A program made the translations under genes and the position numbers. This document shows positions 57,559 to 64,000 of a stretch of DNA of 64,000 nucleotides, one piece after another (the first letter of the stretch is position 1; each line of letters starts with the position of its first letter). The notes below the pieces were generated by a model, which was not told where the DNA came from, searched no databases, and saw nothing but the letters and a program-made list of their open reading frames with translations. The DNA is from Bryobacteraceae bacterium (GTDB lineage Bacteria > Acidobacteriota > Terriglobia > Bryobacterales > Bryobacteraceae): the NCBI GenBank assembly GCA_963801345.1, contig CAWDER010000010.1, forward strand, positions 61,325-125,324, given 5' to 3'.

Positions 57559-60084
57559 GTGCGAATTGCAGTGCTTGGGGTGTTGCTGTCGGTGCTGCCG
57601 GTTTCGGCCGCGCGCCAGGTTGCCATTGTCGTCGAGGGCCAACCGGGGCCCCCGGCCCAATACGGCGTGGCCAGGCTGGAGCAGGCGCTCACGGCCAAGG
57701 GGTTTTCCGTGGTCCGTGCCCAGCCCGGCCAGCCCGCCAAAGCGGATTTTGTCGTGGTGGCGGGCCTGGGCAGCGGCGCGCCGCAGTCCCTCGCGATCCG
57801 CCGCTCGCGCTACCAGGGTAAGCCGGCCGTCCTTCTCTCCGGCGGCGATTCTCGCGGGCTGATGTACGCCGCTCTCGACACGGCCGAGCGCGCCGGCTGG
57901 AGTACCGCGGGCGGCGATCCGTTCGCCAGGGTGCGGGACGTCTCCGAACAGCCCTACCTGGTCGAGCGGGGCGTTTCGATGTACACGATGCAGCGGGCGT
58001 ACTTTGAAAGCCGCCTGTACGACGAAAAGCACTGGGAGCGCTATTTCGACATGCTGGCGGCCAGCCGCATCAACAACTTCATCCTGATCTTCGGCTATGA
58101 GAACGGCGGGTTCATGGCGCCCCTGTACCCGTACTTCTTCAATCTCCCGGACTACCCGGGCGTCGAACTGGTCGGCATCACGCCCGCCCAGCAGGCCCGC
58201 AACACGGCGGCGTTCAAGGCGCTGATGCGCATCGCGCACGAGCGCGGCATCGACGTGACCGCCGGCATCTGGGACCACATCTACCGCGGCGGCGTCCAGG
58301 GCGGAGGCATCCCGGGCGCGGCGGAAAACGCGGGCAAGCGCGTGCCGGGCCTGGTCTGGGGCGTCACGGCGGACAACCTGGCCGGATACACCAAGGCGGC
58401 GCTGCGCCGGTTCCTCGAAGTCTTCCCGGAAGTGGACGGCATCCAGTTCCGCATGCACGACGAGAGCGGGCTGAAGCGCGAGGAGATGGCGGGGTTCTGG
58501 CACGAGGTATTCGGCTTCATCAAAGCCGCGCAGCCCCGCATGCGGATCGATCTGCGGGCCAAAGACCTGCCCGACGCCGTCATCAACGACGCCCTCGACC
58601 AGGGTCTCAATGCGCGGGTGAATACGAAGTACTGGATGGAGCAACTGGGGCTGCCTTTCCATCCGACGCACGTCAACGTACAGAACCAGCGCGACCGCCG
58701 CCACGGCTACGCCGACCTGCTGCGCTATCCGCAGCGGTACCGGGTCCAGTGGCAAGTGTGGACCGCCGGCACCACGCGCGTTCTGCTGTGGGGCGATCCG
58801 GAGTACGTGCGGCGCTTCGCCGCGAGCGCCCGCCTCTACGATGGCAACAGCTTCGAGATCAACGAAATGCTGGCGACCAGGATGCTGGGCGAGCCGCACG
58901 ACGAGAGCCCGCTCGCGATTCTCAATCCGCGCTACCGGTATTACGAGTACGAGTTCGAGCGCTATTGGAACTTCTACCGGCTCTGGGGAAGGCTCACCTA
59001 CAACCCGCGGACCCCGCCGGAAGTCTGGCAGCACGACTTCGAGGCGCGGTTCGGCGCCACGGCGGGCGTCCACGTCATGAAGGCGCTCGAAGCCGCAAGC
59101 CAGGTGTTGCCGCGGATTGTGGCGGCAGCCTACCGCTACGACTATTTCCCGACCACGCGCGGCTGGCCCGAGATGAACCGGCAGGATTCGCTCCCGAGAT
59201 TCGCAACCGCGGAGAACAGCGATATCCAGCAGTTCGAGAGCCCGCGCGATGAGGCCCGGAGGATTCTCCAGGGCGGGGATACGCCCATGCGGCGCCCGCA
59301 GGATACCAGCCGCTGGTTCGCGCAAGTTTCCGGCGAGATTCTGACCGAGCTTGGGCTGGCGGAGAAGGCGATCGGGAAGAGAGCGGGAAACGAGTTCCTG
59401 TCCACGGCGGCCGACCTGAAGATCCTGGCGGGCCTGGCGCGCTACTACGCGGCGCGCCTGCCGGCCGCGGTCGCCTACAACTTGTACAAAGAGTCGGGTG
59501 ATCCGGCGGGCTTCGACGAGGCGATCGCGGGCGAGAAGCGGGCGCTCCAGGCTTGGCGGGAGATCGTCGCCGCCGCGGGCGATATCTATAGCGACCACCT
59601 GGCGTTTGGCGCTCGGGCGGTCGGGTTCCGCCAGCACTGGAAAGAGGAGTTGGCACTGCTCGAGAAGGACTTCGAACAACTGGCCGCCGAACGGGCCAAG
59701 GCCGTGCCGAGGCCGGACGCAAAACCCCTTCCCAGCGCGGCCCTCGATCCGAATCTGAAGCCGCCCGCGGTCACGCTCGAACCGGCGCAGACGGCTGAAG
59801 CGGGGCGAGACCTGCGGATCGCGGCCAGGGTAGCGGCTCCGGCGGGGGTGAAGTGGGTGCGGCTGCGCTACCGGCACGTCTCGCAATTCGAAGATTACCA
59901 GACCGCCGAAATGGCGCCCGACTCAAAGACCGGCCTGTACGCCGCCGCGATTCCAGGGGCCTTCATCGACCCGAAGTGGGACCTGATGTACTTCGTCGAA
60001 GCGGTCGGCAAGGACGGCGCCGGGCGCATGTACCCGGACCTGGAGCGCGAGATGCCGTACGTCATCGTGCCCGTGAAGCGCTGA
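57559..60084 (+). CDS. large secreted hypothetical protein, glycoside-hydrolase-like TIM-barrel region
   Basis: GTG at 57559 follows GGAGG. Signal peptide VRIAVLGVLLSVLPVSAA. The upstream part of the 1105-aa listed ORF is read-through. Confidence 0.55.
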   Translation: MRIAVLGVLLSVLPVSAARQVAIVVEGQPGPPAQYGVARLEQALTAKGFSVVRAQPGQPAKADFVVVAGLGSGAPQSLAIRRSRYQGKPAVLLSGGDSRGLMYAALDTAERAGWSTAGGDPFARVRDVSEQPYLVERGVSMYTMQRAYFESRLYDEKHWERYFDMLAASRINNFILIFGYENGGFMAPLYPYFFNLPDYPGVELVGITPAQQARNTAAFKALMRIAHERGIDVTAGIWDHIYRGGVQGGGIPGAAENAGKRVPGLVWGVTADNLAGYTKAALRRFLEVFPEVDGIQFRMHDESGLKREEMAGFWHEVFGFIKAAQPRMRIDLRAKDLPDAVINDALDQGLNARVNTKYWMEQLGLPFHPTHVNVQNQRDRRHGYADLLRYPQRYRVQWQVWTAGTTRVLLWGDPEYVRRFAASARLYDGNSFEINEMLATRMLGEPHDESPLAILNPRYRYYEYEFERYWNFYRLWGRLTYNPRTPPEVWQHDFEARFGATAGVHVMKALEAASQVLPRIVAAAYRYDYFPTTRGWPEMNRQDSLPRFATAENSDIQQFESPRDEARRILQGGDTPMRRPQDTSRWFAQVSGEILTELGLAEKAIGKRAGNEFLSTAADLKILAGLARYYAARLPAAVAYNLYKESGDPAGFDEAIAGEKRALQAWREIVAAAGDIYSDHLAFGARAVGFRQHWKEELALLEKDFEQLAAERAKAVPRPDAKPLPSAALDPNLKPPAVTLEPAQTAEAGRDLRIAARVAAPAGVKWVRLRYRHVSQFEDYQTAEMAPDSKTGLYAAAIPGAFIDPKWDLMYFVEAVGKDGAGRMYPDLEREMPYVIVPVKR

Positions 60085-60133
60085 CGACACCCCATCCCCA
60101 GCAGCACAATACGGGAAATTCTAATCGAATCTT

Positions 60134-60175
60134 GACGACATACGATTTTTGTCCTTGACATACGAGAATACTCGT
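60134..60175 (+). promoter_or_regulatory. copy 1 of a 42-bp operator-like block shared with the blaI (62137) promoter
   Basis: GACGACATACGATTTTTGTCCTTGACATACGAGAATACTCGT, with 41 of 42 bases identical to 62081-62122. Lies about 190 bp upstream of the next gene. Confidence 0.45.
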
Positions 60176-60318
60176 TGATTCGCCGGGCCCAGCGCGCGGC
60201 GACTGGAGGCATGAGGAGCGGGAGGAATTAGCCTTCTCATGAACCGCCAGGGTCGCTCGGGACGGAAAGAACGAGCGAAGCGGCTCGAACCGAGGCGGTT
60301 TGGATGTAGGTATGATAG

Positions 60319-61980
60319 ATGGCGGCCCGGCAGGCGAAGACGCTGATTCTGGCAGAGAGGTTCTTCGTGAGCACAAGGTTGTGGAGCGTGCTGTTCGCAC
60401 TGATTCTGGTCAACAGTCAATGCGTCTTCTCACAGGAAATTGCGGCTGAGAAGAAGAACCTAGCGACGCTTCAGGGGCGAGTGGCCAACTCGGTGACCGG
60501 CGAGCCTTTCCCACGCGAGAGCCTTACACTACGTGAACTGCCGCCTGGCACAGACGCTTGGGTCGTACAGTCGGACGCCGAGGGACGCTTTTCCTTCGCA
60601 GAGATGAAGCCCGGCTCTTACATCCTTTGCGTGAGACGCTTCGGGGACGATGGGATGCCTCTGAAGTTGTTGGCAGGTCAAGTTCTGAAGGACATCGAGT
60701 TCAAAATCATTCCACCGGGAGCCATTCGCGGCATTGTGGTCGACGACGAGGGGAACCCCCTGCCGAACGTGCGTGTGCGTGCGAGTGGCGGTGTTGCAGG
60801 GCTCTTGCGGGGCGATGTGCCCACCAACAAGGCCGGAGAATTTCGATTTCCCAGCCTGGTTCCCGGAAGCTACGTGCTCTTGGCCACGGCCACCGAAGGA
60901 CGATTGGCACCAGCCGCACCAGCGTCTGACGGAGAACCAGGCAAAGCCGAGGAGCGTCTCCGCCCCACGTATTACCCCTCGGCAGCCGACGCGGCAGGGG
61001 CGGTTCCGTTGGAGGTTGCGCCGGGTCAGGAACTCCAAGACATCTGGATCGTCGTTCGTAAGGGTGGCGTGCATCACGTTCAGGGAACAGTCGTGACCTC
61101 CTCACCGGACACACCGCTTGTGGACGTAAGACTCTCGATGAGGCCGCGGGCGCCTGGCCCGCCCGAGTCAGCCGACGCAGAACTACGGCGCGATGGGTCC
61201 TTCGACTTCGGTGATGTTCGGCCGGGATCGTATGATCTCATTGCCTGGCGCCGCACCCCCGCCCCCACGGTAACGTTGGGCCGCGCCGCGGTGGAAGTCA
61301 ACGATGCCGACGTGACCGGCGTCGTTCTGAGAATCAAGGCACCGCTACAAGTCCAGGGCACGATGAGGATGGAGGGACAGGATAAGCCTGACTTCACCAG
61401 TGTCCGAGTCCAGCTCGCGGGGCAATTGCGCGGCGCCACCCCGGATGCTGAGAACATTTTCACGCTGAAGGATGTGCCACCTGATAGGCAACTGGTCGTC
61501 GTCACGGGGCTCCCTGAAAGGGCCTACGTCAAGTCCATCCGGCTGGGTGGCTTGGAAACGATTGACTCAGGCCTGGATTTGTCGGGCATGCAGACCGTGC
61601 CACCGCTGGATATCCTGATCAGCCCTAACGGGGCGACGGTTGTAGGGACCGTGAACCAGGACGACGACAAGCCTGTGCCGGGAGCATGGGTGTGTTTGGT
61701 CCCCGACCCTGCTCGCCAGGGGCTGATCTCCATGATCAAGTCCGCGACATCTAACGGCGATGGCGGATTCACCTTCGCGGGGGTGGCCCCGGGCGATTAC
61801 AGGCTTTATGCGTTTGAACGTCTCACGAGAACGCCATATGGAAGCCTGGGGGTGGAGTTCCTCAAGCCCCTCGAGGACAAAGCCACGAAGCTCACGCTGA
61901 AGGAGGGCGAGCGGAAACACGCCAACCCAAAGGCCCTCGAGCTTGCGGAGATAGGTCCTGGCGGTCAGTCCAACTTTTAG
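60319..61980 (+). CDS. secreted protein made of carboxypeptidase-regulatory-like (CarboxypepD_reg) beta-sandwich repeats
   Basis: Repeated GxVxDxxGxPxxxAxV...DxxGxFxFxxLxPGxY modules. The likely start is GTG 60367, giving signal peptide STRLWSVLFALILVNSQCVFS. Confidence 0.7.
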   Translation: MAARQAKTLILAERFFVSTRLWSVLFALILVNSQCVFSQEIAAEKKNLATLQGRVANSVTGEPFPRESLTLRELPPGTDAWVVQSDAEGRFSFAEMKPGSYILCVRRFGDDGMPLKLLAGQVLKDIEFKIIPPGAIRGIVVDDEGNPLPNVRVRASGGVAGLLRGDVPTNKAGEFRFPSLVPGSYVLLATATEGRLAPAAPASDGEPGKAEERLRPTYYPSAADAAGAVPLEVAPGQELQDIWIVVRKGGVHHVQGTVVTSSPDTPLVDVRLSMRPRAPGPPESADAELRRDGSFDFGDVRPGSYDLIAWRRTPAPTVTLGRAAVEVNDADVTGVVLRIKAPLQVQGTMRMEGQDKPDFTSVRVQLAGQLRGATPDAENIFTLKDVPPDRQLVVVTGLPERAYVKSIRLGGLETIDSGLDLSGMQTVPPLDILISPNGATVVGTVNQDDDKPVPGAWVCLVPDPARQGLISMIKSATSNGDGGFTFAGVAPGDYRLYAFERLTRTPYGSLGVEFLKPLEDKATKLTLKEGERKHANPKALELAEIGPGGQSNF

Positions 61981-62080
61981 GCCGCCCGCATGAACTCCGG
62001 CAACATCCTCTCCCAAAATGCAACGCGGCAGTGTTGACACAAGATCCTCAACTGCCGCATGATCGCCCACTCTTCCAGCC

Positions 62081-62130
62081 GACAACATACGATTTTTGTC
62101 CTTGACATACGAGAATACTCGTAATATGCT
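62081..62130 (+). promoter_or_regulatory. candidate blaI promoter with operator-like block (copy 2)
   Basis: TTGACA (62102-07), 17 nt, TATGCT (62125-30), then 6 nt to GTG 62137. Inverted arms TACGAG-AATA-CTCGTA lie inside the spacer. Confidence 0.5.
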
Positions 62131-62136
62131 TCCGTC

Positions 62137-62514
62137 GTGCCCCCCATGCCTACCGACGCCGAGTTGGACATCCTGGCCGTTTTGTGGCGGCGCGGCGCCA
62201 GCACGGTGCGCGAAGTCCACGAGGAACTCGGCAAAGAGAGCGGGTACACTACCGCGCTCAAGCAGATGCAGGTGATGACGGACAAAGGACTGCTGGTGCG
62301 CAACGAGCGCTTCCGCTCGCATGTCTACGAGGCCGCCGTTCCCAAGGAAGAGACGCGGCAGCAGATCGCCGGAGACCTGCTGCGGCGCGCGTTTGATGGC
62401 TCGGCTACGAACCTGATGCTGGGCGCCTTGAAGGCGCAGCCTGCCACGGACGAGGAATTGAACGAGATCCGCGCCATGCTGCGCGCGTTCGAGAAGAAGA
62501 GGAGGCCCCGATGA
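62137..62514 (+). CDS. blaI: BlaI/MecI/CopY-family transcriptional repressor
   Basis: TDAELDILAVLWRRGASTVREVHEEL...YTTALKQMQVMTDKGLL. The start is GTG 62137 or ATG 62146. Confidence 0.85.
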   Translation: MPPMPTDAELDILAVLWRRGASTVREVHEELGKESGYTTALKQMQVMTDKGLLVRNERFRSHVYEAAVPKEETRQQIAGDLLRRAFDGSATNLMLGALKAQPATDEELNEIRAMLRAFEKKRRPR

Positions 62515-62559
62515 GCGCGCTGGAGTTGGTGTTGCGGCGACGAGAAACTGGAAATCGTC

Positions 62560-62910
62560 GTGGCGACGAATCCGGCGCGCGTGTCCGGCGTCGTGCGGGA
62601 TGATCAGGGGAAGGCACTGAACGGCGTTGTGATTCTGATCCCCGATCCGCCACAGCCGCAGGCCGCGTCACTCTACCGGCGGGCCGAGACGGACGAGAAC
62701 GGACGTTTTCAGTTCCAGGGGCTGCGGCCTGGGAAGTTCCGGCTATACGCCTGGGAAGAACTCGAAGATGGTGCGCAGTTCGATCCGGACGTCACCGCGC
62801 CGCTCCAGGCTCGTTCGTTGGCGGTGGAAGTAGCCGAAGGCGAGCGGAAGGAAGTCGAGGTCACGCGCATCACGGTGGACGAGGTGGAGGCGGCGCACGC
62901 GCCACAATAG
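62560..62910 (+). CDS. single CarboxypepD_reg-like domain protein, probable C-terminal remnant of a deleted BlaR1-type gene
   Basis: Aligns with the last about 120 aa of the 60319 gene (VSGVVRDDQGK...LIPDP...ENGRFQFQGLRPGKFRLYAWE...EGERK). An ATGA-coupled 31-codon stub (62511-62606) precedes it in another frame. Confidence 0.5.
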   Translation: MATNPARVSGVVRDDQGKALNGVVILIPDPPQPQAASLYRRAETDENGRFQFQGLRPGKFRLYAWEELEDGAQFDPDVTAPLQARSLAVEVAEGERKEVEVTRITVDEVEAAHAPQ

Positions 62911-62934
62911 CGCTGGTGGCGCTGCGCCGCTGCG

Positions 62935-64000
62935 CTATTGCTCCTTCGGTGCGGGGGTCCGGGGCGCTTCCCAAGCTTTGTGCGAGGGGTACGAATCCCG
63001 GGCGGGCAGCCAGTTGGTGCCGCGCCTGCGCTGCGGGGTCCCTTTGTTCAGAAAGATGTACAAGCCGGTCTTGCAGGCCACCACCACGTCCTGCCGTCCG
63101 TCGCCGTCCATGTCCGCCGCGTTTAACCGCATGCCGACTCCGACCACGTAATTCGGCGGCGGAGCGTTCTTGTTTTCGTCTCCGAAGTACGGCTGGAGGT
63201 AGCTGTACGAGAGGATGTGCCGCTCGAAGCGGCCCTTCTGAAACTTGTAGTAGAAGACGAAGATGGGATCGAATCCGCCGACATCGTCGCCGTTATGCGC
63301 GAACAGTTGCTTGCCGGTGATCAGTTCCTGCCTGCCGTCTCCGTCCAGGTCGGACAGAACCATGGTGTGGATGGTGGGATAGTCGGTCTCAATCCAGTGG
63401 GTGACGAAGCTGCGTTTGCCGCTTTCCACTTTCTGTTCGAGCCACGCCAGCCCGTAGCCATGGTCCGATCCGATGAGGATGTCGTTCAGGCCGTCGCCGT
63501 TGGCGTCGGTGATGAGAATGGGCAGTCCCGCGCCGCCCGGGCTGGTGGAACCGAAAGCCGAAAACTGGTAGTCGGGATGCCAGATCCAGGGGTCCTCCGT
63601 GGGTCGCGGCGGTGATTCAAACCAGCCGCTGGTGGTGACCGCGTCCATGCGGCTATCGCCGTTGATATCGCCGATGCCGTTGCCATGGCTCACGCCCACG
63701 TGCTCGGGGCCCAGCACATGCTGCTTGAACCAGGGAGCCTGGTTGAGATGCTCGTACCAGATCAGGCTCCGGCCGGCCTTCCTCGCGAAGTAGTTCACCA
63801 GAACGTCCTTGCCGTCGCGGCCGGCGAGGTTCCCGATGACCATGCCTTCCAGCCCGTCGGCCGCGTGGAGTTCGTGCGACGCCCACTTCACCCCGAGCTT
63901 CCCCGGATTCTCGTACCAATAGATCCCCTGCCGGCGCATCCAACCGGAGCTGAGGACGTCCGGATGCCCGTCGTTATTGACGTCCATGGTGCCCTCGTAG
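62935..64000 (-). CDS. FG-GAP/VCBS repeat protein, 5' end outside window
   Basis: Repeated DxNGDGxxD motifs (DINGDSRMD, DANGDGLND, DLDGDGRQE, DMDGDGRQD). The frame is open to the window edge. Confidence 0.8.
   Translation of the reverse strand, partial: YEGTMDVNNDGHPDVLSSGWMRRQGIYWYENPGKLGVKWASHELHAADGLEGMVIGNLAGRDGKDVLVNYFARKAGRSLIWYEHLNQAPWFKQHVLGPEHVGVSHGNGIGDINGDSRMDAVTTSGWFESPPRPTEDPWIWHPDYQFSAFGSTSPGGAGLPILITDANGDGLNDILIGSDHGYGLAWLEQKVESGKRSFVTHWIETDYPTIHTMVLSDLDGDGRQELITGKQLFAHNGDDVGGFDPIFVFYYKFQKGRFERHILSYSYLQPYFGDENKNAPPPNYVVGVGMRLNAADMDGDGRQDVVVACKTGLYIFLNKGTPQRRRGTNWLPARDSYPSHKAWEAPRTPAPKEQ

Overview
This is a high-GC bacterial chromosome segment. Gene content, expanded BlaI/BlaR1-type loci and a Solibacter-type C-terminal domain on a PQQ dehydrogenase point to Acidobacteriota (Solibacter/Bryobacter-like); that placement is inference. 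I support about 60 protein genes and one tRNA-Leu(TAG). I see no rRNA, no CRISPR array and no intact transposase or integrase. Housekeeping blocks: maeB; split transketolase; hemB; acyP-apt-ispE-prs-rplY-pth-rpsF-rpsR-rplI; pcm; folD-coaE-htrA; CCA-adding enzyme; xerD. Carbohydrate and redox genes: GH35-like, GH2-like, ThuA, PQQ dehydrogenase, ROK kinase plus MFS transporter, and three Tat-signal oxidoreductases. One operon encodes Rieske, fused cytochrome b, a 9-haem and a 5-haem cytochrome c. Accessory content: VapBC, MazEF and HicBA; a decayed integrase next to tRNA-Leu; an AT-rich DUF2975/HTH islet; and two BlaI loci, one of which has lost its M56 sensor. The non-coding DNA is unusually structured. 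It holds a double-hairpin REP family (6 copies), a REPIN-like inverted-doublet family (3 doublets and 1 singlet), octamer-periodic hairpins, a 129-bp nested palindrome, a duplicated 42-bp operator-like block and a tandem 94-bp duplication of the htrA 3' end. Five conserved genes carry seven single-base +1 frame disruptions, most simply explained as insertion-type consensus errors. I found no clearly new multi-gene defence system. The best leads are the 14-haem Rieske/cytochrome b operon, the sensor-less BlaI regulon and the repeat families.
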